DNA from: an uncultured Chloroflexia bacterium
Lineage (GTDB): Bacteria > Chloroflexota > Limnocylindria > Limnocylindrales > CSP1-4
Length of the DNA stretch: 64,000 bases
Reading direction: 5' to 3'
Assembly (NCBI GenBank): GCA_963801745.1
Contig: CAWDFY010000003.1
Span: forward strand, 78,151 to 142,150
In this document: positions 18,259 through 27,835 of the stretch, one piece after another
Position numbering within the stretch: position 1 is the stretch's first letter
Layout of the letters: the number at the start of each line of letters is the position of its first letter
Translations under genes and position numbers: made by a program
Notes under the pieces: model-generated
What the model was told of the DNA's origin: nothing
The model's database searches: none
The model's input: the letters and a program-made list of their open reading frames with translations, nothing else

Positions 18259-19220
18259 GGCGCATCCCCGAGCAGCTCGACCAGCAGGCCCTTCTGGACG
18301 TGCAGGCGGTTCTCCGACTGCTCGAAGATCAGGCTCTGCGGCCCGTCCATCACCGACGACGTGATCTCCTCGCCGCGGTGCGCCGGCAGGCAGTGCATCG
18401 CGACGGCAGCGGGACCGGCGGCGGCCATGAGCGCGTCGTCCACGCGATAGGCGGCGAAGGCGTCACGGCGAGCCTCGGTCTCGGCCTCCAGGCCCATCGA
18501 GGTCCACGCGTCCGTGTAGACGACGTCGGCGCCCGCAACGAGCTCGCGTGGCTCGTGGCCGAACACCAGTCTGCCCCCCGCCTGCCGGGCACGGGTCTCG
18601 GCGAGCTCGACGATCCCCGGGTCCGGCGCATAGCCCGGCGGGTGGGCAAGCCGGATCTCCATCCCGAACGCGGCGCCGACCAGGGCCAGCGAGTGGTAGA
18701 CGTTGTTGCCGTCGCCGACGAACGCCAGGACGGTGCCTCCAAGTCGTCCGAAGCGCTCGCGGATGGTGAACACGTCGGTCAGGGCCTGGCAGGGATGCTC
18801 ACGCAGCGTGAGGCCGTTGATGACCGGCACCGACGACTGGGCGGCCAGTTCGAGCACGACCTCGTGCGGCCCGGTCCGGGCGACGATCGCATCGACGAAG
18901 CGCTCCAGGTTGCGGGCCACGTCACGGACCGCCTCGCGCGCGCCCATGACCGTGTCCTCCGGCAGATGGATCGCCGATCCGCCAAGCTGGGTCATGCCCG
19001 CCTCGAACGTGACCCGGGTCCGGAGGCTGGGCTTCTGGAACAGCATCGCCAGGGTGCGGCCGCGGAGGGGTGGGTCGGCGTGCCGGCGGGTGGCCCGGAA
19101 CTCGTCCTTGAGTCGGGTCGCGGTCGCGAACACCCGCTCGACCTCGGCCGTCGACAGGTCGGCGGCGCCGAGCAGATCGCGTCCGCGGAGGTCGATCGCG
19201 TCGGTGCTCGCGGTCGTCAT
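18255..19220 (-). CDS. argF: ornithine carbamoyltransferase
   Basis: ORF 18255..19220, 321 aa. KPSLRTRVTFE (carbamoyl-phosphate site), HPCQ, GDGNNV, DAWTSMG (ornithine SMG loop) and HCLPAHRGEE motifs. Confidence 0.85.
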   Translation of the reverse strand: MTTASTDAIDLRGRDLLGAADLSTAEVERVFATATRLKDEFRATRRHADPPLRGRTLAMLFQKPSLRTRVTFEAGMTQLGGSAIHLPEDTVMGAREAVRDVARNLERFVDAIVARTGPHEVVLELAAQSSVPVINGLTLREHPCQALTDVFTIRERFGRLGGTVLAFVGDGNNVYHSLALVGAAFGMEIRLAHPPGYAPDPGIVELAETRARQAGGRLVFGHEPRELVAGADVVYTDAWTSMGLEAETEARRDAFAAYRVDDALMAAAGPAAVAMHCLPAHRGEEITSSVMDGPQSLIFEQSENRLHVQKGLLVELLGDAP

Positions 19221-19301
19221 GCCCCCACTGTAGCGGTGGACCGTCCTCGGCCGGGACCCCCGGAAGGTCCTGGGCGGGTGGGTCGTCCAGCTCCTACCGA
19301 G

Positions 19302-19323
19302 CGTGACAGTCCCGTGCCCGGGC
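19302..19323. repeat. 22-nt direct repeat, copy 1 (cgtgAcagtcccgtgcccgggc)
   Basis: Matches 19364..19385 with one mismatch (a19306 vs g19368). It contains the palindrome gcccgggc and lies in the rpsI-argF spacer. Confidence 0.8.
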
Positions 19324-19349
19324 CCAGGCGAGGTCAGGCCGACGGTTCA

Positions 19350-19393
19350 GCCCGAAAAACGGGCGTGGCAGTCCCGTGCCCGGGCACCGGGAC
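19350..19393 (-). terminator. stem-loop cluster immediately after rpsI (possible intrinsic terminator or attenuator)
   Basis: The minus-strand RNA after the rpsI UAG reads CUCGUC-GUCCCGGUGCCCGGGCACGGGAC (9 bp with one bulge), then UGCCAC, then GCCCG-UUUUU-CGGGC. An alternative pairing CGGGC...GCCCG followed by U5 is also possible. Confidence 0.35.
19364..19385. repeat. 22-nt direct repeat, copy 2 (cgtgGcagtcccgtgcccgggc)
   Basis: See copy 1. This copy is part of the strong hairpin at 19371..19393. Confidence 0.8.
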
Positions 19394-19399
19394 GACGAG

Positions 19400-19798
19400 C
19401 TAGCGCTTGGTGTACTGCGGCGCCTTGCGGGCGCGCTTGAGGCCGTACTTCTTGCGCTCCTTCATCCGCGGATCGCGGGTCAGGAGGCCAGCCTGGCGCA
19501 GGGGCACCCGGTTGGCCGCTTCGTCGACCTCGAGCAGCGCACGAGCGATGCCGTGGCGGATCGCACCGGCCTGGCCGGTGACGCCGCCACCTTCGACCTT
19601 GATCATCGCATTGAAGCGGCCCTCGGTCCCGGTGACCCGGAACGGCATGCGAACCTCGGCCTCGTTGACGGCGTTGCCGAAATGCTCGTCGAGCGAGCGC
19701 CCGTTGACGACGATCTCCCCCTCGCCCGGCAGGAGCCGGACGCGGGCGATGGCGGTCTTGCGACGACCGGTGCCGGAGTAGAAGGCGGGGATGGACAT
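19400..19798 (-). CDS. rpsI: 30S ribosomal protein uS9
   Basis: ORF 19400..19798, 132 aa. [19 protein letters not shown] ... KAPQYTKR. Confidence 0.95.
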   Translation of the reverse strand: MSIPAFYSGTGRRKTAIARVRLLPGEGEIVVNGRSLDEHFGNAVNEAEVRMPFRVTGTEGRFNAMIKVEGGGVTGQAGAIRHGIARALLEVDEAANRVPLRQAGLLTRDPRMKERKKYGLKRARKAPQYTKR

Positions 19799-19815
19799 GT
19801 TCGATTCGCTCCTCG

Positions 19816-20247
19816 TCAGGCGAGCGGCTCAGGCTGCTGGGCCTGATGGGGATGATCGGATCCGGCGTAGACCTTCAGCTTGCGGAGCTGCTGGGCGCCG
19901 AGGCGGGTGTGCGGCAGCATGCCCTTGACGGCGCGGCGGATGACCTCCTCCGGCCGGCGCTCGAGGAGGTGGCCGAGGGTCTCCTCCTTGTAGCCCTGCG
20001 GGTAGCCGCTGTGGCGGACGTAGACCTTGCTCTCGAGCTTGTCGCTGGTGACGGCGATCCGCTTGGCGTTGAGCACGATCACGTGGTCGCCCGAGTCGAG
20101 GTTCGGCTGGTAGGTCGGCTTGTGCTTGCCCTCGAGGACGCGCGCGATGCGCGACGCGAGGCGGCCGAGCGTCTGGTCCGTCGCGTCCACGACGAACCAG
20201 CGTCGCTCGATCTCGCTCTCCCGGACCGCGATGGTCTTCGCGTTCAT
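19816..20247 (-). CDS. rplM: 50S ribosomal protein uL13
   Basis: ORF 19816..20313 trimmed to ATG 20245-20247 (MNAKTIAV...[18 protein letters not shown]). ATGA overlap with the truA stop. Confidence 0.93.
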   Translation of the reverse strand: MNAKTIAVRESEIERRWFVVDATDQTLGRLASRIARVLEGKHKPTYQPNLDSGDHVIVLNAKRIAVTSDKLESKVYVRHSGYPQGYKEETLGHLLERRPEEVIRRAVKGMLPHTRLGAQQLRKLKVYAGSDHPHQAQQPEPLA

Positions 20248-21011
20248 CGTTCCTCGTGTTCTCCGTTCGTTTCGTTGCCGGTCCGCCGCCCGATGACGAC
20301 GTGCCGAAGGCACAGGCCTTTCGACGGGGCCGCTGGCCCCGACAGGCCCGATCCGGGATCGGCGAGTGCCGACCGGACCGCATCGATATCCGTCTTGCCG
20401 AGACCGACCTCCAGGAGGAGGCCGACCATCCGTCGGACCTGGCCCCGCAGGAACGAGTCGGCACGGACGTCGATCGTCACGTACCGGCCCGATCGCCTGA
20501 CCCGGACCGCCTGGACGGTCCGGACCGGGGTCCGGTCCCCCGCCCCGAAAGCCCGGAAGTCGTGCCGGCCGATGAAGGCCGACCCGGCTCGCGCCATCGC
20601 GACGGTGTCGAGCGGGTCCCGCACCCCGAACGCCGTGCGCTCGCGGAGCGGGCTTCGCGGCCCGTTCCAGACGGTGTAGCGGTACTCCCGGTACCGCGCC
20701 GCATAGCGGGGGTTGAAGCCTGCCGGCGCCCGGCGCACGTCCCGGATCGTGACGTCCCGAGGCAGGATCGCCTCGAGCGCCGCACCGAGCTCCGTCGCCG
20801 TCAGGCGACCGCCGTACGAGAAGGCGACGACCTGTCCCGTGGCGTGCACCCCGGCATCCGTGCGTCCGGCCCCGTCGACCCGCCGGACCGCCCCGTCATC
20901 GAGGCGTGCCAGCGCGTCCTGCAGGACCCCCTGGACGGTGCGCTTCCCCGGGTTCGACTGGAACCCCGCGAAGTCCGTCCCGTCGTATTCGACCGTTGCG
21001 CGGTAGCGCAT
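20244..21011 (-). CDS. truA: tRNA pseudouridine(38-40) synthase TruA
   Basis: ORF 20244..21233 trimmed to ATG 21009-21011. [18 protein letters not shown] and catalytic GRTDAGVHA. Confidence 0.9.
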   Translation of the reverse strand: MRYRATVEYDGTDFAGFQSNPGKRTVQGVLQDALARLDDGAVRRVDGAGRTDAGVHATGQVVAFSYGGRLTATELGAALEAILPRDVTIRDVRRAPAGFNPRYAARYREYRYTVWNGPRSPLRERTAFGVRDPLDTVAMARAGSAFIGRHDFRAFGAGDRTPVRTVQAVRVRRSGRYVTIDVRADSFLRGQVRRMVGLLLEVGLGKTDIDAVRSALADPGSGLSGPAAPSKGLCLRHVVIGRRTGNETNGEHEER

Positions 21012-21048
21012 CGGTGACACCCTCTCGAGTGTCTTGCTCAACGCGTGA

Positions 21049-21402
21049 TCAGACCAGCTCGATCTGGACGATCTCAGCTGCGTCGCCGCGGCGCTGACCG
21101 ATGCGGACGATGCGGGTGAAGCCCGACGTCCGGTCGGCGTACTTGGGCGCGATCTCGTCGAACAGCTTATTGACGACGAGCGGCTCGTTCGGGAACTGGG
21201 CCACGACCGCCCGGCGGGCCGATAGGTCGCCACGCTTCGCGAGCGTGATGACCTTCTCGACCTGCCCGCTGATCTCCTTGGCCTTCGCCTCGGTGGTCTT
21301 GACCCGCTCGTAGCGGAGGACCGACACCGTCAGGTTCTTGAACAGCGCGAGACGCGGGCCCTGCTTGCGGCTGAGCTTGCGTCCGGCGATGCGGTGCGCC
21401 AT
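21049..21402 (-). CDS. rplQ: 50S ribosomal protein bL17
   Basis: ORF 21049..21402, 117 aa. MAHRIAGRKLSRKQGPR... and position after rpoA. Confidence 0.95.
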   Translation of the reverse strand: MAHRIAGRKLSRKQGPRLALFKNLTVSVLRYERVKTTEAKAKEISGQVEKVITLAKRGDLSARRAVVAQFPNEPLVVNKLFDEIAPKYADRTSGFTRIVRIGQRRGDAAEIVQIELV

Positions 21403-21405
21403 CGA

Positions 21406-22398
21406 TCAGGCCTCGGTGTCGTCCTCGAACGGCTCCTCGCCGTCGAGCTCGTCGAGGTCGTCGCCCTCGGTGTCGGGAACGATGAAGCCGCGCATGCGCA
21501 GGCGCTCCTTCATCTCGTCGAGGGACTTCTTGCCGAAGTTGCGCATCCGCAGCAGGTCGTCGTCCTTCAGCTGGAGCAGCTGGCCGACCTTGACGATGTT
21601 ATTGCGCTTGAGCGAGTTGTAGGCCCGCATCGGGAGGTCGAGCTCCTCGATCGGCATGTCGAGCATGTTCGGCGGCAGCGCGGCGACGCCGGTCGCGGCG
21701 GCCTGCGGGACCGTGGCCATGCCGACCGTGACGAACGGGCGGAACTGGTTGACCAGCACCTCCGCGGATCGGCTGAGCGCCTCCTCGGGGCTGATCGTCC
21801 CGTCGGTCTCGATCTCGATCGTGAGCTTGTCGAAGTTGGTCACCTGACCGACCCGCATGCTCTCGACCCAGTAGTTGACCTTGCGGACCGGCGTGAAGAT
21901 CGCGTCGACCGCGATCACACCGATCGGCAGCGCCTCGGCCCGCTCGGCGCCGAGGTAGCCGACGCCGCGCTCGACCGTCAGGTCCATCTCGATGGTCACG
22001 TCGTCGGTGTCGATCGTCATCAGGACCAGGTCCTGGTTGATGATCTCGACGTCGGCCGACTCGGCGATGTCGGCCGCGGTGACCGCGCCCGCGCCGCTCT
22101 TGATGAGGCGCAGCTGGACGGGATGGGCCGCGAAGCTCTTGAGGCGCAGCTTCTTGACGTTCAGGACGATCTGGGTGACGTCTTCCTTGACGCCCGGGAT
22201 GGTCGAGAACTCCTGGTAGACGTCACGGATCTGGATGCTCGTGACGGCCGCTCCCTCGAGCGACGACAGGAGGACTCGCCGAAGGGCGTTGCCGAGGGTC
22301 ACGCCGTAGCCGGCCTGGAGGGGACCGGCCTCGTACTTGGCGTACGTGCCGACTTCCTCGACAGACTCGATCTGCGGGTTCTCGAGTTGTTCGATCAT
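21406..22398 (-). CDS. rpoA: DNA-directed RNA polymerase subunit alpha
   Basis: ORF 21406..22398, 330 aa, with NTD and CTD (ELDLPMRAYNSLKRNNIVKVGQLL). Confidence 0.96.
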   Translation of the reverse strand: MIEQLENPQIESVEEVGTYAKYEAGPLQAGYGVTLGNALRRVLLSSLEGAAVTSIQIRDVYQEFSTIPGVKEDVTQIVLNVKKLRLKSFAAHPVQLRLIKSGAGAVTAADIAESADVEIINQDLVLMTIDTDDVTIEMDLTVERGVGYLGAERAEALPIGVIAVDAIFTPVRKVNYWVESMRVGQVTNFDKLTIEIETDGTISPEEALSRSAEVLVNQFRPFVTVGMATVPQAAATGVAALPPNMLDMPIEELDLPMRAYNSLKRNNIVKVGQLLQLKDDDLLRMRNFGKKSLDEMKERLRMRGFIVPDTEGDDLDELDGEEPFEDDTEA

Positions 22399-22408
22399 GT
22401 GGGGTCAG

Positions 22409-23035
22409 TTACCTCGAGTAGTACTCGACCACGAGCTGCTCGTTGAGATCGAGCGGCATCTGGTCGCGCGTGGGCGGCGTGACGATGGAGGCGGACAGCG
22501 AGCCCGCGTCGATGGACAGCCACTCGGGCGCCTGGTGGTTGCGGAGCGTCTCCTTGACGACCTTGAACGGCTCGCGGCTCCGACGTGTCTCGCGAACCTC
22601 GATCTTGTCGCCCTGCTTCAGCTGGTACGACGGGATGTCGGTGTTGACGCCGTTCACCGCGAGATGCCCGTGCGCGACGAGCTGCCGGGCGGCGGCTCGC
22701 GACGGCGCGAGACCGGCGCGGTACACGACGTTGTCGAACCGCAGCTCGAGCGAGCGGAGCAAGTTCTCGCCGGTCACGCCGGGGCGGTTCTCGGCGGCGA
22801 TGAAGTAGTTGCGGAACTGCCGCTCGAGCACGCCATAGGTCTTGCGGACCTTCTGCTTCTCACGCAGCTGCAGCCCATACTCGCCGACCTTGCGGCGACG
22901 GACGCCGTGCTGGCCGGGCGGGGAGGGTCGACGCTCGAACGCGCACTTCTTGGTGTAGCAGCGCGTGCCCTTCAGGAAGAGCTTGGCGCCCTCGCGCCGG
23001 CAGATCCGGCAGACGGATTCGGTGTAACGAGCCAT
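22409..23035 (-). CDS. rpsD: 30S ribosomal protein uS4 (Cys4 N-terminal form)
   Basis: ORF 22409..23035, 208 aa. MARYTESVCRICRREG...CYTKKC plus the S4 RNA-binding domain. Confidence 0.95.
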   Translation of the reverse strand: MARYTESVCRICRREGAKLFLKGTRCYTKKCAFERRPSPPGQHGVRRRKVGEYGLQLREKQKVRKTYGVLERQFRNYFIAAENRPGVTGENLLRSLELRFDNVVYRAGLAPSRAAARQLVAHGHLAVNGVNTDIPSYQLKQGDKIEVRETRRSREPFKVVKETLRNHQAPEWLSIDAGSLSASIVTPPTRDQMPLDLNEQLVVEYYSR

Positions 23036-23047
23036 GGATCTCCGGGG

Positions 23048-23443
23048 CTAGACGCGGCGCCGCTTGGGCGGGCGGCAGCCGTTATGCGGGATGGGGGTGA
23101 CATCGGTGATGGCGCTGACCTCGAGGCCCGCGGCCTGGAGCGAGCGGATGGCCTGCTCACGGCCGGCGCCTGGACCCTTCACGTAGACCTCGACCTGGCG
23201 CATGCCGTGCTCCATCGCGCGCTTGGCCGCGCCGTCGGCCGACAGGGCGGCCGCGTATGGCGTGCTCTTGCGCGAGCCCTTGAAGCCGGCCACGCCGGCC
23301 GAGCCCCAGCTGATGACCGCGCCGTTGAGGTCGGTGATCGTGATGATCGTGTTGTTGAACGTCGCCTGGATGTGGACGTGCCCCTGGGGGACGTTCTTCT
23401 TCTCGCGCCGACGCTGCTTGACCGCTTTCTTGCGCTCCGCCAT
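23048..23443 (-). CDS. rpsK: 30S ribosomal protein uS11
   Basis: ORF 23048..23443, 131 aa. [15 protein letters not shown] ... [13 protein letters not shown]. Confidence 0.95.
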   Translation of the reverse strand: MAERKKAVKQRRREKKNVPQGHVHIQATFNNTIITITDLNGAVISWGSAGVAGFKGSRKSTPYAAALSADGAAKRAMEHGMRQVEVYVKGPGAGREQAIRSLQAAGLEVSAITDVTPIPHNGCRPPKRRRV

Positions 23444-23460
23444 GCCTGCTCAGTCCCTCG

Positions 23461-23832
23461 TCACTTCTTGCGCCGGATGCCGACCGTCTTCTTCGGTCCG
23501 CGTCGCTGGCGAGCGTTGGTCTTGGTGCGCTGGCCACGCACCGGCAGGTTGCGCCGATGGCGGAGGCCGCGGTACGAGCCGATCTCGATGAGGCGCTTGA
23601 TGTTGAGCGCCGTCTCACGGCGGAGGTCACCCTCCACCTTGTAGCGGCGGTCGATCAGCTCGCGCAGGCGGTTGACCTGCTCCTCGGTGAGATCGCGGAC
23701 CCGCGTGTCGGGGTTGATGTTGGTCTGGGCGAGGATCTTCTGGCTGGTGGGCAGACCGATCCCGAAGACGTAGGTGAGGGCGACCTCGACGCGCTTCTCG
23801 CGCGGGATGTCGACACCGGCGATACGTGCCAT
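23461..23832 (-). CDS. rpsM: 30S ribosomal protein uS13
   Basis: ORF 23461..23832, 123 aa. [15 protein letters not shown]... Confidence 0.95.
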   Translation of the reverse strand: MARIAGVDIPREKRVEVALTYVFGIGLPTSQKILAQTNINPDTRVRDLTEEQVNRLRELIDRRYKVEGDLRRETALNIKRLIEIGSYRGLRHRRNLPVRGQRTKTNARQRRGPKKTVGIRRKK

Positions 23833-23835
23833 CGG

Positions 23836-23949
23836 CTACCCCTGCCGCTGCTTGTGCTTGGGATTGCTGCAGATGACCATCACCGTGCCGTGACGGCGGA
23901 TGACCTTGCAGTTGTCGCAGCGCGCCTTGACGGAAGCTCTGACCTTCAA
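23836..23949 (-). CDS. rpmJ: 50S ribosomal protein bL36 (zinc form)
   Basis: Last 37 codons of ORF 23836..24051. TTG start at 23947-23949, 5 nt after GAGGA. (L/M)[36 protein letters not shown]. Confidence 0.9.
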   Translation of the reverse strand: MKVRASVKARCDNCKVIRRHGTVMVICSNPKHKQRQG

Positions 23950-23980
23950 CGGATCCTCGATCGTGATGCGGGCGTGTGGG

Positions 23981-24199
23981 CTACTTGAGTCGGTAGGTGA
24001 TGCGGCCTCGGGTGAGGTCGTACGGCGACAGCTCGACGCGGACGCGGTCACCCGGCAGGATGCGGATGAAATTCATCCGAAGCTTGCCGCTGATGTGGGC
24101 GAGCACCCGGTGGCCATTCTCCAGCTCCACAGCGAACATCGTGTTCGGGAGCGGCTCGATGACCGTTCCCTCGACTTCGATCGCATCCTTCTTGGCCAC
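23981..24199 (-). CDS. infA: translation initiation factor IF-1
   Basis: ORF 23981..24199, 72 aa, GTG start. [40 protein letters not shown]. Confidence 0.95.
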   Translation of the reverse strand: MAKKDAIEVEGTVIEPLPNTMFAVELENGHRVLAHISGKLRMNFIRILPGDRVRVELSPYDLTRGRITYRLK

Positions 24200-24304
24200 A
24201 GGCTGGTGTGCTTCCCTTTCTCACGCGGAATGCCGGCCCGGGCGGGCCGACACACGAACGCGTAGCGTATCAAACGTGGCCATTCCCGGCAACTTCCCGG
24301 GTTC

Positions 24305-24320
24305 GGTGGCCCGGGCCACC
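24305..24320 (-). terminator. perfect 16-nt palindrome GGTGGCCCGGGCCACC 12 nt after the map stop (hairpin, no U tract)
   Basis: Read directly from the sequence. It lies in the 133-nt map-infA spacer. A terminator or processing role is only inferred. Confidence 0.3.
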
Positions 24321-24332
24321 GTGGCGTGCGCG

Positions 24333-25103
24333 TCACGGGCTCGTCAGGATCTCGGGTCCTGCCTCCGTCACGGCGATGGAGTGCTCGAAATGGGCGGCCA
24401 TCGAACCGTCGATGGTCGATATCGTCCAGTCGTCGTCGAGCACGTGGGCTCGATAGTCGCCCAGCGTGAACATCGGCTCGATGGCCAGGCACAGCCCGGC
24501 CTCGAGCTTTCGGCCGCGCCGGCCGGTCCGGTAGTTGGGGACCTGCGGCTCCTCGTGCATCTCGGTGCCGATGCCGTGGCCGACGAACTGGCGCACGATG
24601 CCGAAGCCGTGCGGCCGCGCGACGTCCTCGACCGCGGCCGAGATGTCCTCGATGTGGTTGCCCGGGACCGCCGCCGCGATGCCCGCCATCATCGCCTCGC
24701 GGGTCGTGTCGATGAGCTGCCGGACGGGCTCCGGCGGCACGCCCACGAAGAACGTCCGGGCCGCGTCGCCGTGCCAGCCGTCGACGATCGCGCCGGCGTC
24801 GACCGACACGATCTGGCCCTCCCGGATGACGCGCTCGCCGGGGATGCCGTGGACGATCTCGTCGTCGAGCGAGATGCACAGGCTCCCCGGGAAGGGCCGG
24901 CGCGGGTTGATGCCCGGGTAGCCCTTGAACGACGGGGTCGCGCCGGCGGCGCGGATGTGCGCCTCGGCCAGCCGGTCGAGATGGGCGGTCGAGACGCCCG
25001 GCTTGAGCTCGCGCTCGACGAGGGCCAGGACCTCGGCCACGATGCGGCCGGCCTGCCGCATGCGAGCGATCTCGGCGCGTGACTTCCGGGTCACCATCGT
25101 CAC
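24333..25103 (-). CDS. map: methionine aminopeptidase, type I
   Basis: ORF 24333..25103, 256 aa. Metal ligands occur in ...DAGAIVDGWHGD..., ...FVGHGIG... and ...LAIEPM... contexts. ATGA overlap with the adk stop. Confidence 0.93.
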   Translation of the reverse strand: MTMVTRKSRAEIARMRQAGRIVAEVLALVERELKPGVSTAHLDRLAEAHIRAAGATPSFKGYPGINPRRPFPGSLCISLDDEIVHGIPGERVIREGQIVSVDAGAIVDGWHGDAARTFFVGVPPEPVRQLIDTTREAMMAGIAAAVPGNHIEDISAAVEDVARPHGFGIVRQFVGHGIGTEMHEEPQVPNYRTGRRGRKLEAGLCLAIEPMFTLGDYRAHVLDDDWTISTIDGSMAAHFEHSIAVTEAGPEILTSP

Positions 25104-25759
25104 GCCTCCGCCGGGTCGGTGACGGCGGCCAGCACGTCGTCGGCGACGGCGTCGATGGACCGCACCCCGTCGACGGTCCGGAGGATGCCCAGCGCGGCGT
25201 AGTGGTCGAGGACCTCGCGCAGGCTGGCCAGCTGCACATCGAGACGGGCTCGCACCGTGTCCGGCTTGTCGTCCTCGCGCTGCATCAGCGGCGAGCCATC
25301 GATGTCGCAGCGACCCGGCGACCGGGGCGGGTTCGTCGTCTCGTTGTAGACGTGGCCGTCGTCGCGACAGACCCAGCGTCCCGACATGCGGCGGACGACC
25401 TCTTCGCTCGGCACCATGATCTCGACCGCCCGGTCGACCCGGGCCGCGCGCTCGGCAAGGGCGACGTCGAGCACCTCGGCCTGGGTACGGTTGCGCGGGA
25501 AGCCGTCCAGGATCGCGCCCTTCGACGCGTCGGGCTCGCTCATGCGGTCCAGCAGCATCCTGATCGTGATGTCGTCGGGCACGAGCTGACCACGGTCCAT
25601 GAACCGCTTCGCCTCGGCCCCGAGCGGCGTGCCGTCACGGACCGCGGCCCGGAACAGGTCGCCGGTCGCGACGTGCGGGATGCCGAGGCGCTCGGCCAGC
25701 AGCATCGCCTGGGTCCCCTTGCCGGCTCCCGGCGCCCCGAGCAGGACCACCACGCTCAT
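25100..25759 (-). CDS. adk: adenylate kinase
   Basis: ORF 25100..25759, 219 aa. P-loop GAPGAGKGTQ and a long LID domain. Confidence 0.95.
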   Translation of the reverse strand: MSVVVLLGAPGAGKGTQAMLLAERLGIPHVATGDLFRAAVRDGTPLGAEAKRFMDRGQLVPDDITIRMLLDRMSEPDASKGAILDGFPRNRTQAEVLDVALAERAARVDRAVEIMVPSEEVVRRMSGRWVCRDDGHVYNETTNPPRSPGRCDIDGSPLMQREDDKPDTVRARLDVQLASLREVLDHYAALGILRTVDGVRSIDAVADDVLAAVTDPAEA

Positions 25760-25801
25760 CGGTGGATCACCCGGCCTGCGAGGTCAGGGGTGCCGCCCCC
25801 A

Positions 25802-27082
25802 TCATCGGATGAACCCCTCGTAGTTGCGCATCATGAGCTGGGCTTCGATCTGCTTCATGGTCTCGACCACGACCGACACGACGATCAGCAGGCTGGTGCC
25901 GCCGAGGCCGATCGCCCCGAGGTCGGGGAACGCGGCGGCGACGACGGACGGCGACACCGCCACGATGGCCAGGAACATCGCGCCCGCGAACGTGATGCGC
26001 GACACGACCTTGGCGAGGTAGTCCTGTGTCGGGCGGCCCGGCCGGATGCCCGGGATGAAGCCGCCGTTCTTGCGCAGCTGTTCGGCCGTCTCGTCCGGCT
26101 TGAACGTGAACGCGGTGTAGAAGTACGTGAAGCCGACGGTCAGCAGGAAGTACAGGACGATGTACAGCAGCGAGCTCGGGTTCAGCAGGAAGATGATCCC
26201 GTCGGCGATGCTCTTCACGATCGGGATGTCCGACGCCGTGAAGTACGACGCGAGCTGGACCGGGAACAGCAGGATGCTGACCGCGAAGATGATCGGGATC
26301 ACGCCGGCCTGGTTGACGCGCAGCGGCAGGAACGTCTGACCGCCCTGGTACATGCGCCGGCCACGGACGCGGCTGGCGTACTGGACCGGGATGCGGCGCT
26401 GGCCCTCCTGGATGTAGATGATCACGGCCACCGCGGCGATGGCCACGACGGCGAACGCGATCAGCGCGGCGATGTTCGGGTTGACCGTGAACGCACCGAT
26501 GGCGGCAGGCGCCTGGCTGACGATGCCGGCGAAGATGATGAAGCTGATGCCGTTGCCGATGCCTCGCTCGGTGATGAGCTCGCCGATCCACATCAGCGCG
26601 ATCGAGCCGGCGGTGAGCGTGGCGATCTGGGTGAGCGTGTCGAAGCTGCCGAGGTCGAACTGGCCGAGCAGGACACCGTTCGCGTTGAGCAGGGCGAGGA
26701 AGCCGTAGGCCTGCAGGATCGCCATCGGCACGGACAGGTACCGGGTGTACTGGGTGATCTTGTTGCGGCCGTACTCACCCTCGCGGCTGAGCGACTGGAG
26801 CGAGGGCACGACGCCCTGCATCAACTGCATGATGATCGACGCGTTGATGTAGGGGTTCAGGCCCAGCGCCACCACCGAGAAGTTCGATAGTCCACCACCC
26901 GAGAACAGGTTCAGCAGCCCGAACAGCGGGTTGCCCTGCAGGAAGGCGGTGAGCTGCTCCTGGTTGATGCCCGGCACCGGCACGGCGGCCAGGCCCCGGA
27001 ACACGATGAGCAGCCCGAGGACGATGAAGATCCGGCGCCGGATATCGGGCGCCCGGAAGGCGTTCAGCAGCGATTCGAACAC
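25802..27082 (-). CDS. secY: preprotein translocase subunit SecY
   Basis: ORF 25802..27082, 426 aa, multi-TM, in the canonical position after rplO. Confidence 0.96.
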   Translation of the reverse strand: MFESLLNAFRAPDIRRRIFIVLGLLIVFRGLAAVPVPGINQEQLTAFLQGNPLFGLLNLFSGGGLSNFSVVALGLNPYINASIIMQLMQGVVPSLQSLSREGEYGRNKITQYTRYLSVPMAILQAYGFLALLNANGVLLGQFDLGSFDTLTQIATLTAGSIALMWIGELITERGIGNGISFIIFAGIVSQAPAAIGAFTVNPNIAALIAFAVVAIAAVAVIIYIQEGQRRIPVQYASRVRGRRMYQGGQTFLPLRVNQAGVIPIIFAVSILLFPVQLASYFTASDIPIVKSIADGIIFLLNPSSLLYIVLYFLLTVGFTYFYTAFTFKPDETAEQLRKNGGFIPGIRPGRPTQDYLAKVVSRITFAGAMFLAIVAVSPSVVAAAFPDLGAIGLGGTSLLIVVSVVVETMKQIEAQLMMRNYEGFIR

Positions 27083-27088
27083 GGGGTT

Positions 27089-27835
27089 CTAGGCGTCGTC
27101 GCCGGACTCGGTCGCGGCTTCGTCGGAGGTCGCGTCGGCAGCCTCGGTCTCCGTGTCCGTGGAAGCGGCGGTGGCGGTCTCGTCGGGTGCCGGCGCCTCG
27201 TCTGCGTCCGGGGGCGCGGCCGCGGTCGGGACCTCCTCGGTCGCGGCCGCCTTGCGCCCGCGTGCCGGGCGCTCCGCCGGCGCATCGGTCTCGGTGTCGA
27301 CGCCGATGGCCTTCATCGGCCGCGTCGGCACCTCGATGACCTGGACGGTCCCGCCGGCTGCCTCGATCTTGGTGCGGGCCGACGCCGTGAACGCGTCGGC
27401 GACGACGAACAGCGGCGTGTCGAGCTCGCCTGCGCCCAGGATCTTGAGCGGCTTGTCGAGCTTGCGGACGAGGCCCACCGCGCGCAGCAGGTCCTGGTTG
27501 ATCGTGACCTGCGCATCCGCCTTGCCCTTGCCCTTCGGCTTGGGCGGCATCTCGGCGTCGAAGGCCCCGCGCTCGACGGCGGCCGCGATGGCCCCGACGT
27601 TCACGACCTCGTACTCGATCTTGAAGCGGTTCTTGAAGCCGCGCAGCTTCGGGATCCGGACGTGGAGCGGCGTCTGGCCACCCTCGAACCACGGCGGGAT
27701 CGAGCCACCGGCGCGGGCCTTCTGGCCCTTCGTACCGCGGCCAGCGGTCTTGCCCTTGCCGGCCGCGATGCCGCGACCGACCCTGGTGCGCTCCTTGCGC
27801 GAGCCTTCGGCGGGGCGCAGGTCGTGCAGCTTCAT
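27089..27835 (-). CDS. rplO: 50S ribosomal protein uL15 with an ~80-aa acidic Ala/Thr/Asp/Glu-rich C-terminal tail
   Basis: Residues 88-335 of ORF 27089..28096. ATG 27833-27835 is preceded by [47 protein letters not shown]. Confidence 0.92.
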   Translation of the reverse strand: MKLHDLRPAEGSRKERTRVGRGIAAGKGKTAGRGTKGQKARAGGSIPPWFEGGQTPLHVRIPKLRGFKNRFKIEYEVVNVGAIAAAVERGAFDAEMPPKPKGKGKADAQVTINQDLLRAVGLVRKLDKPLKILGAGELDTPLFVVADAFTASARTKIEAAGGTVQVIEVPTRPMKAIGVDTETDAPAERPARGRKAAATEEVPTAAAPPDADEAPAPDETATAASTDTETEAADATSDEAATESGDDA

